64,000 bases of DNA from Chloroflexota bacterium (GTDB lineage: Bacteria > Chloroflexota > UBA11872 > VXOZ01), in contig OZ244922.1 in assembly GCA_965221905.1 (NCBI GenBank), positions 192,001-256,000 of the forward strand, given 5' to 3'. Shown here in pieces: positions 30,997 to 41,425 of the stretch (position 1 is its first letter; the number at the start of each line of letters is the position of its first letter). Under the pieces are notes generated by a model, which saw only the letters and a program-made list of their open reading frames with translations, did not search any database and was not told the DNA's origin. The translations under genes and the position numbers were made by a program.

Positions 30997-31387
30997 GCCG
31001 TGGGCCTGACCACAGGTTGCGCAAGGCGCTAACGCGGGTCTCGCGGTTAGCAGCGCGCCTGATACGAGGTGCCTCGTTTCTCCCCAAGACCGCGCTGTGA
31101 TTCGCGGACGGCTGCCAGTCAGAACAGCTACTTACGAAGGTCCCCGCGGTTGCTCCTTTCTGTCGCCGGAATCGTAGCCTGAGCTTTCTGCTGGGGCCAC
31201 TCGGCGTGCACAGATCCACTCCGGCAAAATCCTTAGCTCGTCCAGGCCGTGAACGCGTGTTCCCTATCCTTTTCGAGTCTCCCGATCCAGGGCGGGTCGG
31301 CCAGAGTCATTTACTGGATGGCTCGTCTACCAGCGGGTTGCGTCCTCCCTCTAGAATCTCCATATTCACTCAACCAGACCCCACGGC
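30997..31387 (-). ncRNA. Large structured ncRNA candidate, compact OLE-like RNA (~390 nt)
   Basis: 5' GCCGTGGGGTCTGGTT pairs with 3' GGTCAGGCCCACGGC; several nested helices; ordered motifs GATTCTAG, GTAGAC, TGGATC, AAAAGGATAGGGAACAC, TAAGGATT, TGTGCAC, GTAAGTAG; no credible ORF. Confidence 0.65.
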
Positions 31388-31439
31388 GTGTTGCTGACAA
31401 CTATTCCCAAAAAACGCACAGAAATCGCGCTTGAGGGTC

Positions 31440-31468
31440 TTGCAATCGCCATCTGCCGCGTGTATAAT
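31440..31468 (+). promoter_or_regulatory. Sigma70 promoter of cbiMNQO
   Basis: TTGCAA-N17-TATAAT; downstream inverted repeat GCTAAT-N7-ATTAGC at 31487-31505. Confidence 0.75.
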
Positions 31469-31540
31469 AATTTTCACACGGTATTGCTAATCATTCGCAT
31501 TAGCTAAAGGCCCTAGGTTTCTTGGCGAAGGGGGTACGCA

Positions 31541-32341
31541 ATGTCCGCTATTGTCACGCCTTCCAAGACGAAGCAGCGCGTGGCTATGATTGTAGTGGCC
31601 GGGCTGTTGCTGGCATTCGGCACAGTGCGGTCAGCGCACGCCATGCACATCTCAGAAGGGTTCCTGCCTCCCACGTGGGCGATACTATGGTTCATTGCCG
31701 TGATTCCGTTCTTTCTCTGGGGACTGCGCTCTATAGCTAAGCAGGTCAATCGCTCCCCGCAGAGCAAGATCACACTTGGCATGTCGGGGGCCTATTCGTT
31801 TGTACTATCGGGATTGAAGCTGCCGTCCGTTACCGGTAGTTGCTCACATCCGACCGGCATCGCCCTGGGCGCAATTCTCTTCGGCCCCACCACCATGGTG
31901 GTGCTTGGCACCATCGTGCTCTTGTTCCAGGCCATTGTCTTGGCGCACGGGGGTCTGACCACCCTCGGTGCAAACGTGTTCTCCATGGCCGTGATCGGTC
32001 CGTTCGTTGCCTATGGCGTCTTCCGGGCTTGTCGTGGCTTGGGGTTGGCCTGGGCCGTCTTCCTGGCAGCCGCTTTAGCGGACTGGGCTACCTACATCGT
32101 CACGGCCGGGCAATTGGCGCTGGCGTGGCCGGCGACGACTGGCGGCGTGCTTGAGTCGTTCATCAAATTCCTCGGCATCTTTTCCATTACGCAGATTCCA
32201 TTGGCTATCGCGGAGGGCATCCTTACGGTAATCGTCTTCAACCTGCTCTTGCAGCATAGCCGCGAGGTGCTCGTCGAACAGGGCATTGTCTCTGAGGAGG
32301 CACCGGAGCCTGCTCCCGGTCCCACCGCTGCCACGAACTGA
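31541..32341 (+). CDS. cbiM: Cobalt ECF transporter S component
   Basis: Signal peptide then [12 protein letters not shown]; [29 protein letters not shown]. Confidence 0.95.
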   Translation: MSAIVTPSKTKQRVAMIVVAGLLLAFGTVRSAHAMHISEGFLPPTWAILWFIAVIPFFLWGLRSIAKQVNRSPQSKITLGMSGAYSFVLSGLKLPSVTGSCSHPTGIALGAILFGPTTMVVLGTIVLLFQAIVLAHGGLTTLGANVFSMAVIGPFVAYGVFRACRGLGLAWAVFLAAALADWATYIVTAGQLALAWPATTGGVLESFIKFLGIFSITQIPLAIAEGILTVIVFNLLLQHSREVLVEQGIVSEEAPEPAPGPTAATN

Positions 32342-32395
32342 CGGGTTCACTCTATGGCAACGTCGCACTGGAAGGGAACTAGCAGGAGTCAGCAT

Positions 32396-32896
32396 ATGTC
32401 ACAAGCAAGACGCAATTGGCTATTGGTGGTTGCCCTCATCCTCTTGGTCGTCGTGCCCTTGGCCTACCGGGGTTGGGTAGCGGAAGGCACGGAATGGGGC
32501 GGAGCGGACATGCAAGGCGTTGCGGCCGTGGAAGAGTTGGCCGGCGAAGACTTCGAGCCATGGTTTGAGCCAATCTTTTCCCCTAATGACCTAGAACGCT
32601 ACTTCTTTGGATTACAGGCGTTGCTGGGCACGCTCCTTGTGGCCGGCATAGTCGGCTGGATACTGGGCCGCTCCCGTGCCCGGCATGGAATAGAAAGCGG
32701 GGCCGATATGGCGATTGCAGGTGTGCTCTGCGCCATTGGCGTGGTTTTGGCTATCGCGCTGTTCTTCGTGGAGACGGACTTTGGCGAGCTTCAGGCGACG
32801 ATTTCCGCCTCGCAAGGCATTGGTCTCGGGCTCTTGGCGTTCTTCATCGGTTATCCCTTGGGCCGGCGCGCCGGGGGCGAAATGAGCACACAGTAG
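32396..32896 (+). CDS. cbiN: Extended CbiN-like accessory subunit
   Basis: WGGAD, FEPWFEP, FFGLQALLG; two extra TM segments; ATG after AGGAG. Confidence 0.8.
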   Translation: MSQARRNWLLVVALILLVVVPLAYRGWVAEGTEWGGADMQGVAAVEELAGEDFEPWFEPIFSPNDLERYFFGLQALLGTLLVAGIVGWILGRSRARHGIESGADMAIAGVLCAIGVVLAIALFFVETDFGELQATISASQGIGLGLLAFFIGYPLGRRAGGEMSTQ

Positions 32897-32962
32897 TCAG
32901 CGGCCGCCATCGTTCCGCTCGCGCTTGGACGTGACCGACCGGCGGCGGTTGAGGAGCAAGCG

Positions 32963-33742
32963 ATGCATCCTTTCCCCATTGATTTGTACGCCTATCACAA
33001 TAGGCTGCGGGACGCACACCCGGCGGAGAAGATGCTATTTTCCGGCCTCACCATGCTCGTCTGCCTCATCGCGAGCTCGCCATTGGTAGCGCTCCTGGCC
33101 CTCGCCTTCGTGACGGTCGCCGTAGTACGCGTAGCCGGCATTCCCCTGCGGGCTTTCTGGTACTTTATACGCCTGCCGGCGGGCTTCATCCTGCTCGGCG
33201 TGCTCACCTTGGCGATTACGTCGGTAGACCCGGCCAACCCGGAGACACTGGTGGCGCTGCCTCTCGGCCCGTGGCACGTCGGCGTGATGGAAAGCAGTTT
33301 GGCGCGCGCCGTGCAGGTCACGTCGGTGTCCTTTGCGTGCGTTGGAAGTATGTTGGCGTTGGCGCTGACGACGCCGATGGTGGACATCACCGATCAACTG
33401 CGGAAGTGGCGCGTACCCCAGTTGTTCATCGAACTAATGGTGCTGATGTATCGGTTCATCTTCGTGTTCATCGAGACCGCGCAGGCGATGTATATCGCTC
33501 AGAATGCCCGCCTCGGCTACAGCAACTGGCGGCGTTCGCTGCATTCGGTGGGCATGCTCGCCGCCAATCTCTACTTGCGTTCGCAGACGCGGGCAGCGGC
33601 GCTATTCACCGCGCTGACGGCCCGGGGCTATACCGGTGAGTTGCGCGTGCTCACGGCGCAGCCCATGTGGTCGCGCCGCAACCTCGCATTAATCGCCGGT
33701 GTCGAGAGCGTGCTGCTCTTGGCAACTATCGCAACCTGGTAA
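32963..33742 (+). CDS. cbiQ: Cobalt ECF transporter T component
   Basis: HPAEK, LALTTP, LMYRFIF, ARLGY, ARGY. Confidence 0.93.
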   Translation: MHPFPIDLYAYHNRLRDAHPAEKMLFSGLTMLVCLIASSPLVALLALAFVTVAVVRVAGIPLRAFWYFIRLPAGFILLGVLTLAITSVDPANPETLVALPLGPWHVGVMESSLARAVQVTSVSFACVGSMLALALTTPMVDITDQLRKWRVPQLFIELMVLMYRFIFVFIETAQAMYIAQNARLGYSNWRRSLHSVGMLAANLYLRSQTRAAALFTALTARGYTGELRVLTAQPMWSRRNLALIAGVESVLLLATIATW

Positions 33743-33752
33743 AGGGTATTGC

Positions 33753-34766
33753 ATGAGTCTCGTTGATACTGGCGATACGCATTCACCCAACGTTGCGCTC
33801 CCCACCGGCTTGCAGGAACCGGAGGAGTTGATTGCGGCCGGACGCAACGACGGCGAACTCGCGGCGCACCAGACCGCGGCAACTGCGGCAAGTGCCGCGC
33901 CTCCCGTGCTGGCGGCTGAGGGCGTTACGTTTGCATATCCCGACGGCACCGTGGCGCTGCACGATCTTTCTCTAACACTGCCGCAAGGCCGCCGCGTTGC
34001 CATCCTGGGCGCCAACGGCTGTGGCAAAACGACATTGTTCCTGCAATTCAACGGCATATTGCGGCCCTCCGCCGGCACGATCTTGCACAACGGCGAACCG
34101 ATTCGATACGACCGGGAAGCAATGCGCGAATTGCGCCGCCGCGTGGGTCTGGTGTTCCAGGACCCGGATTCGCAACTCTTTGCCTCCAGTGTCCGGCAAG
34201 ACGTCTCCTTTGGGCCGCTGAACTTGGGGTGGTCTGAAGAGCACGTGCGCGCCAAGGTAGAACAGGTAATTGCGGATACTAATTTGGCCGAACTGGCGGA
34301 ACGCCCCACGCACATGCTGAGCTACGGTCAAAAGAAGCGGGTTGCGATTGCCGGCGTGCTCGTGATGGAGCCGGAGGTCGTTATTGCCGACGAACCTACC
34401 GCCGGCCTCGATCCGGAAACTACCGGTCGGGTTCTCAACTTACTCGATACTATGCACCATGCCGGCCGGAGCATCGTCATCTCTACGCACGACGTAGAGT
34501 TGGCGCTGGCTTGGGCAGACCATGTGATCGTACTGGATAAAGGCCGGCTCCTTGCGGAAGGCCCTCCTGATTCCGTGCTTGCGGATGACCCGCTGCTACG
34601 CGAGGCCGGACTGCTGCAGCCCCTCGTGGTTGAGGCCTATCGCCAATTGTGTACTGCAGGACTGCTCCCGTCTTCAGCCGCCGTGCCTCGCACAGTGAAT
34701 GACTTGACTGGGCTGGTGGTCAGGCACGCACAGAGGCGCACCTCCACCGACGGCCCGCCCGACTGA
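33753..34766 (+). CDS. cbiO: Cobalt ECF transporter ATPase
   Basis: [40 protein letters not shown]. Confidence 0.93.
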   Translation: MSLVDTGDTHSPNVALPTGLQEPEELIAAGRNDGELAAHQTAATAASAAPPVLAAEGVTFAYPDGTVALHDLSLTLPQGRRVAILGANGCGKTTLFLQFNGILRPSAGTILHNGEPIRYDREAMRELRRRVGLVFQDPDSQLFASSVRQDVSFGPLNLGWSEEHVRAKVEQVIADTNLAELAERPTHMLSYGQKKRVAIAGVLVMEPEVVIADEPTAGLDPETTGRVLNLLDTMHHAGRSIVISTHDVELALAWADHVIVLDKGRLLAEGPPDSVLADDPLLREAGLLQPLVVEAYRQLCTAGLLPSSAAVPRTVNDLTGLVVRHAQRRTSTDGPPD

Positions 34767-34993
34767 TCCTCAAGATGACGCCCAGGGCTTCCTATCGGCC
34801 GGATCGCAGTCCGGCGGAGAGCGTGTGCGGTCACGAAGCGGTGCGCCTATCACACTCGCCATTACACGCTCTATAAAGAGCGCTCAGCCAACGATGCATT
34901 ATAGAAAAGAGCACTGCACTATAGAAAAAAGCACTCTCCGTTCGCCCTGAGCTTGTCGAAGGGTGAACGGAGAGTGCCTCTCATTCGGCGCTC

Positions 34994-35998
34994 TTATGCC
35001 ATGCGATCGTAGGTTTCGAGGGTGATGGGGTAGAGCAGCGGCTCGTTGCTAAGGAAGCGTTCCAACTCATCCACCATGGCCGCGCCCTGGCGCATACGCG
35101 TATCGTCGGAGAGACCGGCCATGTGCGGCGTCAGGAAGACGTTTTCCATCCCACGCAGCGGGCTATCTTGGGCTAACGGCTCCGGGTTGAACACGTCGAG
35201 CACGGCGCGGATGCGGCCGGTAGCCAGCTCGGCAATCATGGCATGCTGGTCAACCGCCCGCGCCCGCGCATTGTTGATGAATACAGCCCCGTCTTGCAAT
35301 GCCTTGAAGTGCGCGGCCTTCACCATGCCGTCCGTCTCCGGGGTCGTGGGCGCATGATTCGCGATGACGCGGCACGTGCTGAAGAGCTCTTCCAGCGAGA
35401 CGCGGGTTACGTTGAGCGCGGCGGCGCGTTCGTCAGGAAGATAGGGATCGTAGACCGCGATCGGCATACCAAAGCCCTGCAGCTTCTTGATCACGCGCTG
35501 CGCCACGTAACCGCAGCCGATAAGGCCGACGCGCTGTGCTTCCAAGAGATTGCCGCCGGTAGCGCGCGACTCCGACCAGGACTTGCCCTCATGAATCAAC
35601 GCATTTTGCCGGTGGGGCCAGCGCAGACCCAGCAGCATGCCCAGCACCGTAAACTCGGCGACGGCTTCCGCAATCATCGGCGCGGCGTGGGTTAACGCAA
35701 TCCCTTGCGTGAGCGCCGCTTTGGGAATGAGTCGCCGGATGCTCCCGGCGCTGTGGGCGATGATGCGCAAATCGGTCGCGGCAGTCAAGACCTCCGATGT
35801 AATCTCCGGCGACCCCCAGCCCGTGATTAAGGCTGTGCATCCGGTGATTTGCTCTGTCAAGTCCGCGCTCGATAGCTTTCCGTCATGGTCGCCGCCGCGC
35901 ACGGTGAAGAGTGCGGCGAGGCGTTCCTCACTTGCGGCCGAAAAGAGACTTGTCCGCAGCGTCTTGGTGATGGCGATGAATGCTTCCGGTTTTGGCAC
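34994..35998 (-). CDS. D-isomer-specific 2-hydroxyacid dehydrogenase
   Basis: GLIGCGYVA, FINNAR, LDVFNPEPL, LTPHMAG. Confidence 0.92.
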   Translation of the reverse strand: MPKPEAFIAITKTLRTSLFSAASEERLAALFTVRGGDHDGKLSSADLTEQITGCTALITGWGSPEITSEVLTAATDLRIIAHSAGSIRRLIPKAALTQGIALTHAAPMIAEAVAEFTVLGMLLGLRWPHRQNALIHEGKSWSESRATGGNLLEAQRVGLIGCGYVAQRVIKKLQGFGMPIAVYDPYLPDERAAALNVTRVSLEELFSTCRVIANHAPTTPETDGMVKAAHFKALQDGAVFINNARARAVDQHAMIAELATGRIRAVLDVFNPEPLAQDSPLRGMENVFLTPHMAGLSDDTRMRQGAAMVDELERFLSNEPLLYPITLETYDRMA

Positions 35999-36246
35999 TG
36001 GAATGCTCCCTGTGGTGCAGCGAGGTACGAATCTCGTGAACTCTACCGTATGCTACCAGAAAGGAAATGTGCGAGGGATGCCCACAGCTCTCCCGATTTT
36101 GTGCCGGGTTGCCTGCCGGACAGGAAGTGGAGCGTTCGGCTTAATCGTGTATCATCGGTAGGAGCACGGCATGCTGTGCCCCTAATCGTCGCCGCGGCGC
36201 TGGATCTGCCGTGCATGACTACGCTCTACAATTGCCCGCAAACCCC

Positions 36247-36275
36247 TTGACTATACCAATGACCTCTTATATGCT
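36247..36275 (+). promoter_or_regulatory. Sigma70 promoter
   Basis: TTGACT-N17-TATGCT upstream of the binding-protein gene. Confidence 0.6.
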
Positions 36276-36318
36276 ACTGCCAAATAGGTGTCTACACGGA
36301 AGCGAGGAGGAATTCGCA

Positions 36319-37608
36319 ATGTCGCGGTTCTTGCGAGTGTTGATTCTATCCATAACAGCAGTCGTGCTGATGCTGTTTACGGCTGCGTGCGCTTCTACGC
36401 CGGACGCAGAGCCGGAAATGGCCGAGAAGGAAGAAATGGCGGCCGCGCCAACCGTAAAGATTGGCGTGCTGCTTCCCTTTACCGGGCCGCTGGGCGAGTT
36501 TGGCGCGGCGTTCCAGAAGGCAGCAGCCCTCGCCGAGGAGCACCTGTCGCAGGGTGGCTATCCGGTCGAGATTGTGTACGGCGATACTGAGACGAACCCG
36601 ACGGCTGCCGTCGGGGCGGCCCGCAAACTGGTAGACGTAGACCAGGTGCACGTGGTGGTTGGCGCTGCGGCCAGTAGCTCCAGTTTGGCCGTCGCTGAAT
36701 CTGTGACGATTCCAAAGGGCGTACCCCAGATTTCTTACGCCTCTACCTCGCCGCTGCTCACGATATTGCCGGCTGATGAGGGCCAGGACTTCCTCTTCCG
36801 CACCGTGCCGTCGGATGCGCTCCAAGGGGTGGTGCTTGCCGGCGTGGCGGTCGAGCAAGGATACAATAACGTTGCGATCATCTACGTCAACAACCCGTAC
36901 GGCCAGGGCTTGAAGGATAACTTCCAGGTCGCGTTCGAGGCTGCAGGAGGAACGGTGAGCGCCGCCGTGCCCCACGATGAAGCGGTAGCTACCACCTATG
37001 TTGCGGAGCTGCGCAAAGCAATCGAGGGTGAGCCCGAAGTGCTGCTGGCGCTGAGTTACGCCGGCCACGCCACTATTTACCTGCGGGAAGCCATTGAGAA
37101 CGACTTCATCACGAAGTTTCTCTTTGTGGACGGCACCAGATCGGAGCAGATCATCGAGGCCGTTGGGGCGGCAAACCTTGAAGGCATGTTGGGTACGGCG
37201 CCGGGCTCTGCCGAAACTCAGTCGCTTGAGTTCTTCACGGCAGACTACCAGGCGAAGTACGGCGAGTTGCCTCCGCTGCCGTTCATGACCAACGTCTACG
37301 ACTCCATTGTGATTGCGGCCTTGGCGGCACTAGCAGCAGAGGTTTCCGGTGCAGAGGTTACGCCCGCTGCAGTGCGCGACATGCTGCGTACGGTTTCCAA
37401 TCCTGACGGAGACGTAGTAGCAGCAGGCGCGGCCGGAGTAAAGGCAGCCATCGATACCCTCCGCGCGGGCGGCAGTATCAACTACGAGGGCGCGGCGGGC
37501 GCACATGACTTCGATGCGAGTGGTGACGTGGTCACGCCAATCGAAGTCTGGCGCTATGCCGGCGGCACCATCGAGAGTGTGCGCACGGAGGAGGTCACAT
37601 TAGAGTAG
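36319..37608 (+). CDS. Branched-chain amino acid-type ABC substrate-binding lipoprotein (orphan)
   Basis: GAGGAGG ribosome site; lipobox TAAC; KIGVLLPFTG, FRTVPSDALQG, YEGAAG..DFD. Confidence 0.9.
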   Translation: MSRFLRVLILSITAVVLMLFTAACASTPDAEPEMAEKEEMAAAPTVKIGVLLPFTGPLGEFGAAFQKAAALAEEHLSQGGYPVEIVYGDTETNPTAAVGAARKLVDVDQVHVVVGAAASSSSLAVAESVTIPKGVPQISYASTSPLLTILPADEGQDFLFRTVPSDALQGVVLAGVAVEQGYNNVAIIYVNNPYGQGLKDNFQVAFEAAGGTVSAAVPHDEAVATTYVAELRKAIEGEPEVLLALSYAGHATIYLREAIENDFITKFLFVDGTRSEQIIEAVGAANLEGMLGTAPGSAETQSLEFFTADYQAKYGELPPLPFMTNVYDSIVIAALAALAAEVSGAEVTPAAVRDMLRTVSNPDGDVVAAGAAGVKAAIDTLRAGGSINYEGAAGAHDFDASGDVVTPIEVWRYAGGTIESVRTEEVTLE

Positions 37609-37639
37609 TCTTCTACATAGACTTTGCTAGAGGATGTTT

Positions 37640-37677
37640 GCAGAAGGCTGGCGCTACGCCAGCCTTCTGTGTTTTTG
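37640..37677 (+). terminator. Intrinsic terminator
   Basis: CAGAAGGCTGGCG-CTA-CGCCAGCCTTCTG followed by TGTTTTT. Confidence 0.85.
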
Positions 37678-37708
37678 CGGCGCATCAAACCAGCGCAATT
37701 GGCCCTAT

Positions 37709-38057
37709 GGTTCGGCAGGTTTCTTTTGATGGACTAGAGCACCGGTAGCGCAGGTTTGTAACCTGCGGCTTCTTCCCGTGAAAATGGGCGATCGCGCCAA
37801 TCCGAAGGGTTGAACACAGGTTACAAACCTGTGCTTCCGTTTACGCCATTGAACAATACAAAGAGCTGAAATTGCAGTTTCTGCGACGCATTGAATCTGT
37901 GCAAGTGGTCCTTACGGTTCGGCAAGTTTGTCTTGATGGACTAGAGCACCGGTAGCGCAGGTTTGTAACCTGCGGCTTCTTCCCGTGAAAATGGGCGATC
38001 ACGCCAATCAGAAGGGTTGAGCACAGGTTTGTAACCTGTGCTACCGTTTACGCTATT
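37709..38057. repeat. Direct duplication of a ~140-bp REP-doublet unit (period 207 bp)
   Basis: 37709-37850 and 37916-38057 nearly identical, each containing GTAGCGCAGGTTTGTAACCTGC and an inverted partner. Confidence 0.88.
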
Positions 38058-38355
38058 CATCAATGAAAAGTAGCTCAACTACTATTGAACTCCTGCTGCG
38101 AAACCGTACGTGCTGAGCTTGCCTGTCCTGAGCCTGTCGAAGGGTCGAAGCATGAACGGTTTCATTTGTGTCCATTCCCTTGAATCCTTTTGTCGCCAAA
38201 CCGTAGCGCGGGGGCTTGTCCCCCGCTCCGTTTCGCGTGTGGGGCAGGCCGTGTGGTACAGCACCTAACACCCCGCAGAGTCTATAATCAAGGGAGAAAT
38301 ACGTGCCCTTAACTATTTCACCAAGCACGGCAGCGCATAGAGGAGAAACCACCGC

Positions 38356-39183
38356 ATGACGACGAAGTACCTATACGGCAAGATGACGTGGCCGGAGATC
38401 AAAGAAGCGGCGGCGCAAAAGCGAGTAGCCCTGTTGCCTACGGGATGCATCGAAGATCACGGCCCGCACTTGCCCTTGGACGTGGACGTGCTCCTGCCCA
38501 CTACCATCTGCGAACGCGCGGCGGCGCTTGTCCCGGACCAGTGCGTCGTAGTTCCGGCGGTTGCCCACGGCTACGATCCGCACCACCTGGACTTTCCCGG
38601 AGTAATCCACGTGGACGGCCACGTCTTCGTGCGCTACCTCGTGGACATTTGCAAGTCGCTTATTCATCATGGCTTTACGCGCATCATCATGCTCAACGGC
38701 CACGGCAGCAATACCGCCTTTACCGAGGTGGCCGCCCGGTTGGCGGTGATCGAGACCGAGGGCGTGGGGCTGGTCTATGCACTCAACCACTGGGGCATCG
38801 CCGAGGTGCGCCGTGTGGTGGCCGAACTGCGCGACTCACCTCATGGCGGCATGTCCCACGGCGGCGAGTTGGAAACAAGCCTCTATCTGGCCATCGATCC
38901 GGATAACGTCTACATGGACCTGGCGGCAGAGGAGATTCCGGACGATGTGCCGATGAGCTTGGGTGGGTGGAACGACCTGGTCGCAGGCCGCCATCCCGAT
39001 GCCAACCACGTGGCAGCGATGCCGTATTGGAGCACGTTTTCTAAGACCGGCGTGCGCGGCGATCCCACGGTAGCGACTGCTGAGAAAGGTCGCAAGTTTC
39101 TGGATGCCGGCGCGCGTGGCTTGGCCCAGATGGTACGCGATTTGCGGGAACTCGAAATCAACCCGCGCGTCGACCACCACTAG
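38356..39183 (+). CDS. Creatininase/creatinine amidohydrolase family protein
   Basis: GCIEDHGPHLPLDVD, NGHGSN, HGGELETS, GDPTVATAEKG. Confidence 0.92.
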   Translation: MTTKYLYGKMTWPEIKEAAAQKRVALLPTGCIEDHGPHLPLDVDVLLPTTICERAAALVPDQCVVVPAVAHGYDPHHLDFPGVIHVDGHVFVRYLVDICKSLIHHGFTRIIMLNGHGSNTAFTEVAARLAVIETEGVGLVYALNHWGIAEVRRVVAELRDSPHGGMSHGGELETSLYLAIDPDNVYMDLAAEEIPDDVPMSLGGWNDLVAGRHPDANHVAAMPYWSTFSKTGVRGDPTVATAEKGRKFLDAGARGLAQMVRDLRELEINPRVDHH

Positions 39184-39427
39184 AAACGGCCTGTGCCGTA
39201 TCCGATCGTAAGCCCGTGTTTGCGGTGCGAGTCGGGTTAGAACTGTAGCGCGGGGGTTAGTCCCATGGGATGTCTGCTTGAAGAATGTAGCGCGGGGGCT
39301 TGTCCCCCGCTGGGATGTCTGCCGAATTTGATAGTAGTAGCCCGTGCCTCCGACGCGCTTTCGGTGCCGCGGGCATAGGTCTGGTGCCTACGCAAGTAAA
39401 CTGCATTGATACAAGGAGTACCGCCAT

Positions 39428-41131
39428 TTGAAGACCTCCGATTCCTCTGCAACCCCGGCAGAGCCCTTTTCCCCTGAATCCAGCGAAAAGCCCCAGTCCC
39501 GCCACGCTGGCGAAGAGCTTCAATCTCGTCAATCCGACGAAGAGCCCGTACTCCGTCATTCCGGCGAAAGCCGGAATCCATCTTCTCCGGCCTCCAAGAC
39601 CCGCGAATGCGTGGTCGTGCTCGACTTCGGCTCCCAGTACAGCCCGCTGATCGTGCGCCGCATCCGCGAATGCGGCGTCTACGCGGAACTCATGCCCTAC
39701 GACGCCGACGAGGAGACGGTGCGTGCCCTCAATCCGCGGGCCTTGGTGCTCTCCGGGGGGCCGGCGAGCGCCTACGCGCCGGGCGCGCCGCGCCCGCAAC
39801 CCTACGTCTGGCAGGGCAAGCTGCCGGTCTTGGGTATCTGCTATGGCATGCAGCTCATGGCCCAGGCGTTGGGCGGCAGCGTGGCCCCCGCCGACAGGCG
39901 CGAATACGGGCACGCCATGATCCATGCGCAGCAGTCAGCCGGTGTCTTTGCCGACATCGCGCCTGACCAGGACGTGTGGATGAGTCACGGCGACCACATT
40001 ACGGCACTGCCGCCGGGCTTCCAGGTGCTGGCCTCGTCGGCCAATTCGCCTATTGCCGCCATGGGCAACGCACAAGGCATGATCGGCTTTCAGTTTCATC
40101 CCGAAGTGGCGCACACGCCCCAGGGGACGGCGATCCTGCGCAACTTCCTCTTTAAAGTCTGCGGCCTGCGCGGCGATTGGACGCCCGCCGCCTTCATCGA
40201 TGAAGCCGTGGCGCAGATTCAGCGGCAGGTGGGCGCGCAGCGGGTCATTCTGGCGCTTTCCGGTGGCGTCGATTCCACCGTGGCGGCGGCGCTCCTGCAT
40301 CGCGCCATTGGCGACCGGCTCATTAGCGTATTCGTGGACAACGGCCTGTTGCGTCTCAACGAACCGGCGCAGGTGGAGGAAAGCCTCACACAACTCGGCA
40401 TTCCGGTCCGGCGGGTGGACGCCCGCGAACTTTTTTTAGAAGCGTTAGCGGATGTCGCCGATCCGGAAGCAAAGAGGCGCATCATCGGCGAGACGTTCAT
40501 TGACGTGTTCGAGGACGAGGCTACGCGCCACGCGCCGGTGGACTTCCTAGCGCAGGGAACCATTTATTCCGACGTGATCGAGAGCCGCGCGCCGGATTCG
40601 AAAGCCGCCTCGCGCATCAAGAGCCACCACAACGTGGGCGGCCTGCCGGACACCATGCGCCTCACCCTCGTCGAGCCGCTGCGCAAGCTCTTCAAAGACG
40701 AGGTGCGCACCGTGGGCGAGGAGTTGGGGCTGCCCCACGAGCTTGTCTGTCGGCACCCGTTCCCGGGGCCGGGTCTGGCCGTGCGCGTGCTCGGCGCGGT
40801 GAACGACGCGAAACTGCACATTGTGCGCCTGACGGACGCAATTCTCACCGAGGAACTGCGCGCCGCCGGGCTCTATGAAAAACTGTGGCAGGTCCTTGCC
40901 GTGCTGCCCAACGTGCAGAGCGTCGGCGTGATGGGCGACGAGCGCACCTACGACCACCTGGTTGCCCTGCGCGCCATCGAGAGCCAGGACGCCATGACCG
41001 CCAACTGGGCCCACATCCCCCACGACGTGCTGGCCCGCATCTCCAGCCGCATCGTCAACGAAGTCCCCCACGTCAACCGCGTGGTCTACGACATCACCAA
41101 CAAACCCCCGGCGACCATCGAATGGGAATAA
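39428..41131 (+). CDS. guaA: GMP synthase with repeat-derived N-terminal extension
   Basis: [45 protein letters not shown]; TTG after AAGGAG. Confidence 0.97.
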   Translation: MKTSDSSATPAEPFSPESSEKPQSRHAGEELQSRQSDEEPVLRHSGESRNPSSPASKTRECVVVLDFGSQYSPLIVRRIRECGVYAELMPYDADEETVRALNPRALVLSGGPASAYAPGAPRPQPYVWQGKLPVLGICYGMQLMAQALGGSVAPADRREYGHAMIHAQQSAGVFADIAPDQDVWMSHGDHITALPPGFQVLASSANSPIAAMGNAQGMIGFQFHPEVAHTPQGTAILRNFLFKVCGLRGDWTPAAFIDEAVAQIQRQVGAQRVILALSGGVDSTVAAALLHRAIGDRLISVFVDNGLLRLNEPAQVEESLTQLGIPVRRVDARELFLEALADVADPEAKRRIIGETFIDVFEDEATRHAPVDFLAQGTIYSDVIESRAPDSKAASRIKSHHNVGGLPDTMRLTLVEPLRKLFKDEVRTVGEELGLPHELVCRHPFPGPGLAVRVLGAVNDAKLHIVRLTDAILTEELRAAGLYEKLWQVLAVLPNVQSVGVMGDERTYDHLVALRAIESQDAMTANWAHIPHDVLARISSRIVNEVPHVNRVVYDITNKPPATIEWE

Positions 41132-41425
41132 GCGGCATTGTCTGCCACCGCTAGAGTGGTGGGGCCCGCCCTCGCCCTCGATGTTCCCGCATGAGTGAGA
41201 TAATTCACCCGTAGGGGCACGACATGTCGTGTCCCTACGCCGTTGTGCCCGCGGTTGAGGCGATTTCAACCCTCACCCCGGCCCTCCTCCCAGTCATGGG
41301 AGAGGGGGTCGTTGGAGCGGGACGAGGGAGTGCCAGGGTCTTCTGTGGTGTTCGGCCGCAGGAGAGAAGTGCTTGGCCCGTGTTGGCGAACTGCGAGCAA
41401 GTATGCAGGTTCTGCTCAGGCTGAC

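Noticed and set aside
30997-31387. tmRNA, RNase P RNA or 6S RNA identity for the structured element
   Set aside because: No tRNA-like ends with TTCGA/CCA, no GAGGAAAGTCC motif, and it is too long and branched for 6S.
31000-31540. Cobalamin riboswitch upstream of cbiM
   Set aside because: No B12-box or GGGAA/GCCACTG pattern found. The cbiM promoter is only ~70 nt from the start codon, and the structured element lies upstream of it on the opposite strand.
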